Positions 1-10,035 of a DNA stretch of 64,000 nucleotides are shown one piece after another. The stretch is from assembly GCA_965224085.1 (NCBI GenBank), contig CBDCYI010000009.1, forward strand, positions 160,001 through 224,000, in the 5' to 3' direction. Made by a program: the position numbers and the translations under genes. The DNA comes from Candidatus Marinacidobacterales bacterium. Its GTDB lineage: Bacteria > Acidobacteriota > Vicinamibacteria > Marinacidobacterales > SMYC01. The notes beneath the pieces are model-generated. The model was not told the DNA's origin and ran no database searches. It saw only the letters and a program-made list of their open reading frames with translations. Positions within the stretch are counted from its first letter, which is position 1. Each line of letters begins with the position of its first letter.

Positions 1-1531
1 GCCGCGAACTCATCGTGGAACGCGCCCAGGTCGAAATCCTTGCCCTTGATGCGATGCATATCCGTGATGAGACCTTCGACCTGGAGTTTCCCCAGCGTAT
101 AACCGATACCGTAGGCCGGCTGACGCAGATAGAGCTCGAGGTCGAACCAGGCCACCTCGTCGTCGTCGCCCATCCAGTAGGGCGTCTCGCGAACCAGATG
201 CTCGAACGCTTCGCGAAACGTCCATTCGTTGCTGTGCATCTTGAGCTCGGACGCTAGTCGAGCGGCCCGCTTGGCAAGGAGAATGTAGGTGATCTCCTTC
301 GTCTTCGGCAGCTGGTCGAACCACCCCGTCTGCATCGTCATCTCCTCCAGGTAGGTGGCAAAGCCGTCGGCACGAACGCCCTGGATGAAGTATAGCCTCC
401 TGGGTCCCCGAATGGTTCGTTCGTCTCGCTGGGCTCTCAGGCTGTCGAAGCGATGGCCGGGAAGATTGTGTGCCCGAAGCGGCCGCGGGTCGCGGTCACC
501 GGCCTGTTGAAAGAAATGTTGCTGCCCCGGTCTTCGGTCGAAAGGCTCGAGCGATGACGGCGTGAGATAGTCGGGTATGGTCATGATTTTCTCATTGCGG
601 AGAAAATCGAGAAGCTCCAACTCGGCCTGCTCGAAGCTCCGATGAAACGCTTCTGCGGTCGTCATCCGCTCCATCATCGGAGTGGCTCGGTTCTGGTGCT
701 CTTCCATCTTCAGCAACGCGACGGTACGGTCCAGCTCCCGGTCCGCGATGACCATGATCTGGTCCCACGTGTACGGGAAGACGTGCACGTTGTTCAGATA
801 CCAGTCGTAGTTGTCTCGGCCGACACCCGACGGGGCGGTCCATTGGCTCTGATTCTCTTCGAGCCAGCCGCGGAAGCTGTCGCAGGCCACTTTCGCCTTG
901 TTCGCATCCCCGACCAGCTCCGGGTGATGCTCCGCGAGCTTCGAGACCAGCTCCGCGAAAATGGCACTCTCCTTCTTCTTCGCGCGGATGGCCAGCATGG
1001 TCAGATCCGCCGCCGGTTCGGTGAGATTGCCCCGGGCCTGCTCGAGGATTCGGGGAACTGCCTGGAGCTTCGCATGGAATTCCGTGAGCTCGTCGGCCGC
1101 GAGAGGGAGCTCCTGCGGGATACGGAGCGAGCCCTGCATCCGGGGACCGAACCCGAGATGCGTTACGATATAGAAGCCGGGATCGCGTGACCACGGGCGC
1201 ATGATGCGATGGTCGAAATCGAGCCCGTTCATCTCCGCGCGGACGATGATGTAGTCGACCTTTTGTGCTACGGACCACTCGCTGATGTCGAGGGCTTTGA
1301 GTCGAGCGAAGTGCTCCTTCAGCTCGTCGTGCCGCGCCTTCATTCCCGGCTCGGTGTAGTCCGGAACGTGGTTCACGAACTTCGGCTTCTGCATCTCCCG
1401 GAAATCGCGGAAGAGGTTGACCCCTCCTCGTAACTCTCGGATGAACTTGTCTCTTCGCCCAACGCGAACTGGGCTCCGCTCCATGCAACGGCTATGGAGG
1501 CGATGAACCATAAAACGGGTGTTCTTCTCAT
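1..1531 (-). pseudogene. DUF885 family secreted protein, 1-nt frameshift near 1420; runs off the window start
   Basis: ATG at 1531 with RBS GGAAAGGAG and a signal peptide (MRRTPVLWFIASIAVAW). The body continues in another frame: VNLFRDFREMQKPK..VPDYT..AEMNGLDFDHRIMRPWSRDPGFY..HNLPGH..DGFATYLEE. Confidence 0.7.
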
Positions 1532-1592
1532 GGCTTCACTCCTTTCCAATCTCAGACGGCCTAAAGCATACCGTCCCCGAGGTCGGGATTGC

Positions 1593-2345
1593 CTATTGGA
1601 TCAACCATCCCCCGTCGACGTACAAGATCGTGCCGGTAACGTAGTCGGCCTCGTCCGAAGCGATAAAGACAGCGGCGTTGGCGACGTCGCGAGGCTGTCC
1701 CACTCGACCCAGCGGGACCCGACTCAGGAGCATATGCCGCCGCTCCGGATCGGATAGCGAGCCCGCCGTCATCTTCGTCTCGATGACGCCGGGGCCGATG
1801 GCGTTCACGCGAATCCGGTGCGGTGCGAGGTCGAGAGCCATGGCTTTGGTCAGCATCAGAAGCCCGCCCTTGGACGAGACATAGTGCGCTTGTCCCTCGA
1901 GAGCCATTTCGGAGTTCACCGAGGCGATGTTGATGATAACCCCCGGCCACCCGCCGCGCACCATCTCCCGCGCAGCCGCCTGTCCGCAGAGATAGGCTCC
2001 CTTCAAATTGACATCGAGGATGCGGTCCCAATCCTCCTCGGGAAGCTCGAGAAACGGAACGAGGGTCTCCACCCCGGCGTTGCTAACGAGAATGTCGATC
2101 CGCCCGAAACGCTCCAGGGTCCTTGCCACCATGTCTTCGACCTGCGCACGGTCGCGCACGTCGGTCCGGGCCACCAGAGAGCGTCCATCACCGGCCTCGA
2201 TCGCATCGGCGGTCTCCCGGGCTCCGGCCTCGTCCACGTCGGCGATCACCACCGCGGCTCCCTCCTCCGCGAACCGCACGGCAATGCCGCGACCGTTGCC
2301 CGAGCCGGCACCGGTGACGATGGCCACTCGATCAGAAAGGCGCAC
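1593..2345 (-). CDS. SDR family NAD(P)-dependent oxidoreductase (FabG/glucose dehydrogenase-like)
   Basis: TGAGSGNG Rossmann motif, SNAG, catalytic YVSSK, RVNAIGPG, VDGG. Start moved to GTG 2345. Confidence 0.92.
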   Translation of the reverse strand: MRLSDRVAIVTGAGSGNGRGIAVRFAEEGAAVVIADVDEAGARETADAIEAGDGRSLVARTDVRDRAQVEDMVARTLERFGRIDILVSNAGVETLVPFLELPEEDWDRILDVNLKGAYLCGQAAAREMVRGGWPGVIINIASVNSEMALEGQAHYVSSKGGLLMLTKAMALDLAPHRIRVNAIGPGVIETKMTAGSLSDPERRHMLLSRVPLGRVGQPRDVANAAVFIASDEADYVTGTILYVDGGWLIQ

Positions 2346-2346
2346 G

Positions 2347-2535
2347 TCAGCGCTGCCTCGTTGAGAAAACGGGCTTCGCCGGCAAACTTTCGTGCATGAT
2401 GGCGATCGGTATCTTCTCGGCGAGGCTTGCGCGGCGGGTGGCCGCCGCCTCCCACACCGTTGGCTGTGCACTGAGCAGGGAACCGCGGACCACCTTCACT
2501 ACGGCCGCGAGTTTCACCAGGCGCTCGAATTTCAC
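2347..2535 (-). CDS. 62-aa hypothetical ORF or gene remnant
   Basis: GTGA overlap with the aminotransferase stop and ends 1 nt before the SDR start. No recognisable motif. Confidence 0.3.
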   Translation of the reverse strand: MKFERLVKLAAVVKVVRGSLLSAQPTVWEAAATRRASLAEKIPIAIMHESLPAKPVFSTRQR

Positions 2536-3905
2536 AGGAGCCCTCTTCCACGAAGCTCGGCGAGCGAGCGACGGAACGCTTCCAGGATTGTTGCGACGTC
2601 ATCGTCGGTGTGCGCTGCCGAGAGGAGCCCGAAATGCGTATGGGGAAGGAACACCCCGTGTCGCGTCATGTGCAGGAAGAGCTCGCGGTAAGCAGCGGTA
2701 TTCTCACCCGCGAGATCTCGCGTCGATCGAACGGGTCGGTCGACGAACCGGGCCATGAACAACGAGCCGTCTCCCAGGACGGTCATCGGATAGCCTTCCT
2801 CCGCAATCATCTCCGAGAGCCCGTTGCGGAGCTTGTCTCCGAGCACGTTCAGGTGATCGTAGACTTCGGGATGCTCCTCGAGATACGAAACGACGGCAAT
2901 GCCCACCGCCATCACCGGCACGCACCCGTTGAACGTTCCGCCGTAGTAGGCGCGCTCCTCGAGATCCCGGGCCGGATCGCCGGTCGTTCCGAGCACAGCC
3001 ATCACCTCCTCGCCTCCCGCGACGACTCCCAGAGGAAGGCCGGCGCCGATGGCCTTGCTGTAGGTTGCGACGTCGGCATCGACGCCGTAGTAAGCCTGAG
3101 CCCCGCCGTGAGCGAGACGGAAGCCGGTGATGATCTCATCGATCAGCAGGAGGACATCGCACTCCCGGCACACGTTGCGCAGCTCGCGGAGGAAATCGCG
3201 CTCGGTGGGAATCGCGCCTCCCGCACCCTGGATCGCCTCCACCATCACGAGTGCCAGCTGGTCCTTCGAGCGCCGGATTTTCGCGAAGGCAGCGTCGTGG
3301 TTGAAAGGAAGGACGCTCGTGTGAGCCACGCTCTCGGAGGGAACGCCAATGGAATGACCATCGAAGCTGGGATCCTCCACCGGACCGGCCCTGTCCGGGG
3401 CGAATCCCACGCTTCCGAGCACGGCGTCGTACCAGCCGTGGTAGCCGCCTTCGAATTTCGTGATTCCCATCTTCCCGGTGACGGTTCGCGCGATGCGGAT
3501 CGCGTTCTGTGTCGCTTCAGAGCCCGAGTTGCAGAAGGTCACCTTGCTGGCACAAGGAATGGCTTCTACGAGAAGCTCGGCGAGCTCGACCTCTCTCGGA
3601 TGGGGCGTGCCGTAGCCAATGCCATCGGCAGCAGATTCGCGAATCGCTTCGAGCACGATCGGATGAGCATGCCCCAGCAGGTTGTAGCCGAATCCCAGAC
3701 AGCAATCGACGTACCTGTTGCCGTCCACGTCGAATAGATAAGCGCCTTCGCCTCTCGCGGCGAAAAAGGGATGGGGAGGTATGATGCGCGCCCGGCTGAC
3801 CGTGCCCGACGGCAGAACCTGGCGGGCCCGTTCGTAGATCTCACCGGACTTCGCGCGCGCCCGCTTCAGCTCGTCCAGGATATCGGGTTTCGGTACGGTG
3901 CTCAT
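2532..3905 (-). CDS. Class III PLP aminotransferase (glutamate-1-semialdehyde aminomutase-like)
   Basis: DVDGNRYVD, NSGSEA, FEGGYHG, DEIITGFR, PLP lysine in YSKAIG, GGTFNG. Confidence 0.92.
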   Translation of the reverse strand: MSTVPKPDILDELKRARAKSGEIYERARQVLPSGTVSRARIIPPHPFFAARGEGAYLFDVDGNRYVDCCLGFGYNLLGHAHPIVLEAIRESAADGIGYGTPHPREVELAELLVEAIPCASKVTFCNSGSEATQNAIRIARTVTGKMGITKFEGGYHGWYDAVLGSVGFAPDRAGPVEDPSFDGHSIGVPSESVAHTSVLPFNHDAAFAKIRRSKDQLALVMVEAIQGAGGAIPTERDFLRELRNVCRECDVLLLIDEIITGFRLAHGGAQAYYGVDADVATYSKAIGAGLPLGVVAGGEEVMAVLGTTGDPARDLEERAYYGGTFNGCVPVMAVGIAVVSYLEEHPEVYDHLNVLGDKLRNGLSEMIAEEGYPMTVLGDGSLFMARFVDRPVRSTRDLAGENTAAYRELFLHMTRHGVFLPHTHFGLLSAAHTDDDVATILEAFRRSLAELRGRGLL

Positions 3906-4045
3906 GGCAATCTCTCCTCAACGTCTCGACGACGGTCACGACTTGTGGCGTTCCAACTTGTTCCGCCTAATTCCGGCGTCGCGCACGGCAACAGACTCGA
4001 GTCTCTTCGGATGAGTTTGTTTAGGGCCAAATAGTTGGAACGGCA

Positions 4046-5218
4046 CTAGTCGCGAAGAAGCTGCGCTGCGATGACCAGCTGCTGGATCTCGCTGGTACCT
4101 TCATAGATTCTGAGGGCTCGTACTTCGCGGTACAGACGTTCGACCTCGAATCCCCGGGTGACTCCGGCGCCACCGTGGATCTGGACCGCCTGGTCGATGA
4201 CCCGCTGAGCGGCTTCCGTTGCATAGAGCTTTGCCTGGGAGCTCTCGAGCGTCAGCCGTGGCTTGGTGCCGGCATCCCGCATAAGGGCGGCGCGATAGAC
4301 GAGGAGCCGGGAGGCAGCAAGCTCGGTAGCCATCGTGGCGAGCTTGAGCTGCACCGCCTGGAACTCGGAGATCTTCTTGCCGAACGCTTCTCGCTTCTTC
4401 ACATGTTCGAGCGACTCATCGAGAGCTCTTTGTGCGAAGCCGACCGCACAGGCACCGACGGTGGTGCGAAAGAAGTCGAGCGTCGCCATCGCAACCTTGA
4501 AGCCGTCGTTCTCCTCGCCAATGCGGTTGTCGAGAGGAACGCGACAGTCCGTGAACACCGGCTCACCAATCGGGTGCGGCGCGAGAAGCTCGATACGCCT
4601 GCCCGGGTCGAAACCGGGAATTCCTTTCTCGACGATGAATGCCGAGATGCCTTTGTTGCCAGCGTCCGGATCGGTCTTCGCGAAAACGGTATACAAATCG
4701 GCGTCCGGCGCCATGCTGATGAGCGTTTTTCGTCCGTTCAGCACGTAGTGATCGGACTCTTGACGCGCTTCCAGAGCGAGCGCGGCCACGTCCGAGCCGG
4801 TATGCGGCTCGGTCAGAGCAAAGGCGGCGACGAGCTCGCCGCTCGCAACGCGGGGAAGGAAACGGCGCTTCTGCTCGTCGTTCCCGCGGAAAGAGATGGG
4901 ACCGGCTCCGAGTCCTTGCATGGTGAAGATGAGCTCGGCGTTGGGACAGTGCCGGGCCAGCGTCTCGCGGACGAGGCAGAACGAGACCAGCGACATCGGA
5001 TCGGGGGCCTCGAGGGCGCCGTTGCCGGTGCCGAACGCGCCGGGAACGGTCCAGTCGAGAAGCCCTTCCCGGGCCAGACAGCCGACGATCTCCCGGTCGA
5101 CGGTGTCGGTCTCCCCGGCCTGGCGATCCAGCTCGCCCAATCGACCCCGGCACAGCACTTCCGTTCTCGCTCGAAGCTCCCTCTGGTGCTCGTCTACGAG
5201 CGACAGTACGAATTCCAT
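4046..5218 (-). CDS. Acyl-CoA dehydrogenase family protein
   Basis: FALTEPHTGSD, LNGRKTLIS, QIHGGAG, IYEGTSEIQ. Confidence 0.95.
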   Translation of the reverse strand: MEFVLSLVDEHQRELRARTEVLCRGRLGELDRQAGETDTVDREIVGCLAREGLLDWTVPGAFGTGNGALEAPDPMSLVSFCLVRETLARHCPNAELIFTMQGLGAGPISFRGNDEQKRRFLPRVASGELVAAFALTEPHTGSDVAALALEARQESDHYVLNGRKTLISMAPDADLYTVFAKTDPDAGNKGISAFIVEKGIPGFDPGRRIELLAPHPIGEPVFTDCRVPLDNRIGEENDGFKVAMATLDFFRTTVGACAVGFAQRALDESLEHVKKREAFGKKISEFQAVQLKLATMATELAASRLLVYRAALMRDAGTKPRLTLESSQAKLYATEAAQRVIDQAVQIHGGAGVTRGFEVERLYREVRALRIYEGTSEIQQLVIAAQLLRD

Positions 5219-5300
5219 GAAGACTTCCTTTTCTTTGTTAGCTTTTTGAATGTACCATTAATAATGAACTACTAATAATGATGATGATGAACAGTTTTCT

Positions 5301-5314
5301 ACTGACTAGTTAGT
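5301..5314. promoter_or_regulatory. Candidate TetR-type operator palindrome ACTGACTAGTTAGT
   Basis: Near-perfect 14-bp palindrome in the AT-rich region upstream of the acyl-CoA dehydrogenase operon. Function is inferred. Confidence 0.35.
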
Positions 5315-5320
5315 TAGCTA

Positions 5321-7004
5321 GTTCCTGTCCAGAAACACCATAACTTGTGGTGTACGAGAGGCCTATCGAAGATGTGGGTATTATACGTTTTCAGCCGGCA
5401 CCTCGTAGGCTCGGAAGCGAATGAAAATCTTGGACGAAACGAGAGGCGAATCGTCAGCAATCCATGGCTATAAACGCAGTAAGAGTAATCATTATTATCG
5501 TAATAGGTGCCTTGCCATTACCAACAGGTTGCAGGTGATGATGGAACTCCATACGTAGGATTTGAAAGAAGGCAATGAGCGCCATGTGCATCGGTCGAGA
5601 CCAAAGACTCGTTTCAAGAACGAAATGACGCCTTCGATTCCGCAGCGAAATCGCCGTAGGCGTTGATAGACCCAGGAACTCTTGACCATATCGGTCACCG
5701 CGAAGTGAGCCTTGGTAAAGGCAACATCTTCAACTCCCTTGCCTTTGATGGCTTCCAAGTTTGCCTTTGAAGAAAACGCGCCATCGTAGGCAACCTGGCG
5801 CGGGGCCCGTTCGTAGAGTTCGACTTGACGGTCGATCATGGTTTCCGCGAGAGTTGAATCGGACGGATTCCCATCCAAGATCACGCAATCCAAAATCATC
5901 GAGGACGAGCCACCAGTCAAACACACCTTGTGACCGTAGAGAGTCTCGCGCCGGTCTTTGCGAATAATGTCGGTGTGTTCTTCGAAGATCGAAACGACCT
6001 TTTCCTCCGCAGGCACACGCTCTTCATCAATCACTCTACGCCGAGTTTGGTTGATGACTTTTTCGGTGAGGACGAGAAAGTGCTTAAAATCCGCGGCGAT
6101 CTTCTCCGCACTCGCTCGCTTCACCGGCTCGGTCAAGCCGGACTCGTCCAACTGGTCTGCAACGCGTTGAGCGGAGCGATAGGTTTCTTCCGACACCTTC
6201 AGTAGATCTCGATAGACGCGACGCCTTTGTTCCTTATCCTTCGCGTTTAGAACTCCCAGTCGACGTCTCTTCGCTCGACGCGTTCGATTGCCGAAGACCA
6301 CTACTGTACCCAGCAGTTCGCGAGTTCGGCACATGAGGCGAGTGAGAACTCGGACGCAGTCATAAAGAAGCTCGGAGTCCGTAGGAGAATGAATATTCGA
6401 CTCCACTACCGTGCAGTCCACTCGTACTTTTCTTCCTTTTTCGATCGCGGTCTTCTCGGCAACACTCACCAACTCTCGGTTGATTTTCTCCAGCGTTTCG
6501 AACTTCACGGCTTTGATGTTTGCTGCTAGGGTCGACTTCGACGGGCTCGGCTCTATGATGCCGAGCTGGCAAAACGTCCGATAGCTTCGAGAGTCTGCCA
6601 AGTGAAACGCCAGCTCCCGATAGGTGAACTGATTCAGCTGCTTGACCAACAACGCCCGGAGAACCTGCTCCGCGCTCATTCCCCCACGACCAACATCGCT
6701 CCCTGCCGATGGGGTGACCGACCTCAGGTCTTGCAGTACCAGCTCATTGAGCTTAGGATGGGCATCGAGCAGCGATGATATCGTTTCGAGCTCGCGTGCG
6801 TGCTCCAGCTCCAGCCAGGGCTCGCGAAGGCTTGGTTGTGGGTTGATCGTTTTTCGCATTTAGGGCTGGTCTCCTTTGGAGTTAAGTCGTTTAGAATCTG
6901 CGTTTTTGTCGACTCGATACTAAACGACACTCCCTCAGAAGGCTAGCCCTAAATTTGCGATTACCCCTTTTTTCTCAACCTCTTACACCTGTCAGGACGG
7001 GTAC
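5321..7004 (-). mobile_element. Complete ISNCY-type (ISDol1-like) insertion sequence, 1684 bp
   Basis: Imperfect terminal inverted repeats GTTCCTGTCCAGAAA (5321) and GTACCCGTCCTGACA (reverse complement of the end at 7004). Flanked by 6-bp direct repeat TAGCTA at 5315-5320 and 7005-7010. Confidence 0.88.
5495..6859 (-). CDS. ISNCY family DDE transposase
   Basis: RVDCTVVESNIHSPTDS, AYDGAFSS, FRCGIEGVISFLKR. Single long ORF inside the IRs. Confidence 0.9.
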   Translation of the reverse strand: MRKTINPQPSLREPWLELEHARELETISSLLDAHPKLNELVLQDLRSVTPSAGSDVGRGGMSAEQVLRALLVKQLNQFTYRELAFHLADSRSYRTFCQLGIIEPSPSKSTLAANIKAVKFETLEKINRELVSVAEKTAIEKGRKVRVDCTVVESNIHSPTDSELLYDCVRVLTRLMCRTRELLGTVVVFGNRTRRAKRRRLGVLNAKDKEQRRRVYRDLLKVSEETYRSAQRVADQLDESGLTEPVKRASAEKIAADFKHFLVLTEKVINQTRRRVIDEERVPAEEKVVSIFEEHTDIIRKDRRETLYGHKVCLTGGSSSMILDCVILDGNPSDSTLAETMIDRQVELYERAPRQVAYDGAFSSKANLEAIKGKGVEDVAFTKAHFAVTDMVKSSWVYQRLRRFRCGIEGVISFLKRVFGLDRCTWRSLPSFKSYVWSSIITCNLLVMARHLLR

Positions 7005-7062
7005 TAGCTAGCGCCGTCTGGATCTCAGAGCGATTGATTGCGTTCTTGCACAAAGCGCTCGC

Positions 7063-9249
7063 TCATTGCGCCGAGGCGGCTTTGGCTTGTCGCCTTCGTG
7101 CGCCCAGCACAAACTCCGTGTAGCCGTTTGCCGTCCCGCGCCCCTTGAAGATCAAGTCGAGCGCGGCCTGAAACGCGACGCTGTCGTCGAAGCCGGGCGC
7201 CATGTTCTGGTAGCCTGGCTCAGCTGCGTTCTGCGCATCGACAACGGACGCCATCTTCTCGAACGTGGTTCTGATTCGCTTCTCCGTCACGACGCCGTGA
7301 TGGAGCCAGTTCGCAATGTGCTGGCTCGAGATCCGAAGCGTCGCGCGGTCTTCCATCAATCCGACGTCGTTGACGTCGGGCACCTTGGAGCACCCAACTC
7401 CCTGGTCGATCCAGCGCACTACGTAGCCGAGGACACCTTGAGCGTTGTTGTCGAGCTCGAGCTGAATCTCGTCGTCCGTCAGCTCTCGATCGAGTAGTGG
7501 AGGCGTCACGATATCATCGAGCCGACTTCGCTCTCGGGAGCTCAACTCCCGTTGGCGACCGCTCACGCGCACCTTGTGGTAGTGGATGGCGTGGAGCGTC
7601 GCGGCGGTGGGCGACGGCACCCACGCGGTACTCGCCCCCGCTCGAGGGTGGACTATCTTGGTGTCCAGCATTTCCTTCATCCGGTCCGGCATGGTCCACA
7701 TGCCTTTTCCGATCTGGGCGCGTCCAGGAAGGCCGGTCAAGAGGCCGATGTCGACGTTCCAATCTTCGTAAGCCCGCAAAAACTTGTGGCTCTTGATTTC
7801 GGCTTTCGGGAGCATCGGTCCGGACTCCATGCACGTGTGGATTTCGTCTCCGGTGCGATCGAGAAAGCCCGTGTTGATGAAGACGACGCGTTCGCGAGCG
7901 ACCCGGATCGCTTCTTTGAGGTTGACGGTCGTGCGGCGCTCCTCGTCCATGATGCCGATCTTTAGCGTGTTCTCGGGCAGCTCCAAAGCTTGTTCCACAC
8001 GGTGGAAGAGCTCGACCGTCGCTGCGACTTCCCCATCCCCATGTAGCTTTGGCTTGACGATATAGACGCTGCCGGTTTTGCTGTTCCGGTACTTTGCCGT
8101 GCCACTCAAATCATGAACGGCGGCGAGAGCGGTGACCATGGCATCCAGGAATCCCTCGGGAATACTATCGCCGTCATTGGTTTTAACCGCGTCGGTGTAC
8201 ATGTGGATACCCACGTTCCTGACCAAAAGCAGGCTCCGGCCGGGAAGCGTGAGCGACCCGCCGTCGGGAGCGACATACGTTCGGTCCGGCTCGAGGCGAC
8301 GAGTCAGCTGCCGTCCGCCTTTGTGGAAGGTTGCCTCGATGTCACCCTTCATAATGCCCGTCCAGTTTCGGTAGACGGTGGCCTTGTCCGCCGCGTCCAC
8401 CGCCGCCACGGAGTCCTCACAGTCCTGAATCGTCGTGATCGCCGCTTCGAGCACGACATCCTTCACCCCCGCCGGATGGTCGCGGCCGACGGGATGGCTG
8501 CGGTCCATCTGGATCTCGATGTGTAGCCCGTTGTTCTGGAGGAGTACGGCGACGAGCTCGCCGTCGCGCTCGTTATAGCCGACGAACTTTTCGGCATCGA
8601 CGAGGCCACTGCCGTGGCCGTCGTGGGTGGTCGCGACGAGCTTTTTTGACTCGCCTCGCTCCCTCACCGCGAAGGCCCGGACGTCCGAGTGGCGCGCGCC
8701 TTTCAGCCCGACGATCTCGTCGAGAAACGCCTCCACTTCGGCGACGACCAGTCGGCCGCGCCTAGGGTTATAGCTCTGGCCTTTTTCCGCGCCGCCGGTC
8801 TCGGGAATGACGTCGGTGCCATACAGCGCGTCGTAGAGGCTGCCCCAGCGGGCGTTCGCCGCATTCAGCGCGTATCGCGGGTTGTCCAGGGGTACGACGA
8901 GCTGTGGTCCGGCAACCTGGGCAATCTCGCGATCAACGTTTTCAGTCGTGACCCGAAAGTCCTCGCCTTCCTTCACGAGGTAGCCGATCTCCGTTAGGAA
9001 CGACCCGTATGCGCCCATGTCGATCGACCGCCCTCGGTGCTCCCGGTGCCAGGCGTCGACTCTTTTCTGTAGCTCATCACGTTCTTGCAAAAGCTCCCGG
9101 TTGCGGGGAGCGAGATCGTGGACGATTTCGCCGAGAGCGCTCCAGAACGCATCGGGATCGACTCCGGTGCCAGGCGCGATGTCCTTGCGCACGAGCTCTT
9201 CCAATGTCCGGTCGACGCTTAGGCCGCTGATTTCCACGTGCTCTGTCAC
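7063..9249 (-). CDS. glcB: Malate synthase G
   Basis: [62 protein letters not shown]. Start moved to GTG 9249 (RBS GGAAAGGGAG). Confidence 0.97.
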   Translation of the reverse strand: MTEHVEISGLSVDRTLEELVRKDIAPGTGVDPDAFWSALGEIVHDLAPRNRELLQERDELQKRVDAWHREHRGRSIDMGAYGSFLTEIGYLVKEGEDFRVTTENVDREIAQVAGPQLVVPLDNPRYALNAANARWGSLYDALYGTDVIPETGGAEKGQSYNPRRGRLVVAEVEAFLDEIVGLKGARHSDVRAFAVRERGESKKLVATTHDGHGSGLVDAEKFVGYNERDGELVAVLLQNNGLHIEIQMDRSHPVGRDHPAGVKDVVLEAAITTIQDCEDSVAAVDAADKATVYRNWTGIMKGDIEATFHKGGRQLTRRLEPDRTYVAPDGGSLTLPGRSLLLVRNVGIHMYTDAVKTNDGDSIPEGFLDAMVTALAAVHDLSGTAKYRNSKTGSVYIVKPKLHGDGEVAATVELFHRVEQALELPENTLKIGIMDEERRTTVNLKEAIRVARERVVFINTGFLDRTGDEIHTCMESGPMLPKAEIKSHKFLRAYEDWNVDIGLLTGLPGRAQIGKGMWTMPDRMKEMLDTKIVHPRAGASTAWVPSPTAATLHAIHYHKVRVSGRQRELSSRERSRLDDIVTPPLLDRELTDDEIQLELDNNAQGVLGYVVRWIDQGVGCSKVPDVNDVGLMEDRATLRISSQHIANWLHHGVVTEKRIRTTFEKMASVVDAQNAAEPGYQNMAPGFDDSVAFQAALDLIFKGRGTANGYTEFVLGARRRQAKAASAQ

Positions 9250-9284
9250 GGTCGCTCCCTTTCCTGCGCTAGATGGCGTCTCAG

Positions 9285-9580
9285 CCGGGTTCACAAACGG
9301 TTCGGAGTCGAGCTCGACGATTCGGCCGGCTCGCACCGACACCGCCATGACGCGGCACGACGCGCACCGACGGGTCGCGCGCTTTCATGTAGCCGGCAAT
9401 CCCGGCGGCTAGGCCGCCTCCAACCATGGGGACGAAGACAACGTCAATCGGATTGCCCTTGCGCTCGATCTCGACGGCGATGGTGCCCTGGCCGCCGATG
9501 ACTTTCGAGTCGCTATAAGGTGACACGTAGGTCATGCTTTCGTTCGCAGCCGCCTTCTTCGTTTCGAGCTCGCCGATGAC
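9285..9580 (-). pseudogene. Threonine/serine dehydratase internal fragment
   Basis: YVSPYSDSKVIGGQGTIAVE..FVPMVGGGLAAGIAGY, continuing after a frame change as [17 protein letters not shown]. The N-terminus with the PLP lysine and the C-terminus are absent. Confidence 0.75.
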
Positions 9581-9652
9581 GGAATTTCCCCCTCCGCGGT
9601 CTGGACCCAAGCCGCGATCTCTTCATCGCGCACGCTCTCTATTCTAGTCGAA

Positions 9653-9937
9653 ATGGCGTCTCTCAAGGAGGAAGTCGACATGTCGAAAGCGATTCTCAAC
9701 GACCTGGGCCGAGTTCAAAGAAAAGGGGTCGCCGGAGTCGAGGCGATGTCGGTTGCCGACATTGCGCTCGAAAGCTTCGAGGGGAACGTCGCCGTTGCTG
9801 TCGAGCTTCCTGAGAAAAAAGCCGTTCGCGCACTGAAGAAGTTACCTTCGATTGGGGAGCCCGGCGCCGAGAAGTTCCTACTGGTCACTCGCGCCCGGTC
9901 AACGTCTTCGCCGGGGCTCGCTCCGGACCCCGCTTGA
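9653..9937 (+). pseudogene. HhH-GPD (endonuclease III-like) remnant
   Basis: Helix-hairpin-helix-like ALKKLPSIGEPGAEKFLL. ORF is far too short for a full enzyme. Confidence 0.5.
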
Positions 9938-10035
9938 ATCGATTCCTAATATTCTGTAGGGTCGCCGCACAAGCCGACGGCCGAGGTTACTCAATGCTTG
10001 AATGACCATCGGTGCCGTCTGCACGGAGGTGAGAA

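Noticed and set aside
592-1488. 298-aa minus ORF from the track
   Set aside because: Off-frame shadow of the DUF885 gene, whose real frame runs off the window and so is not in the track.
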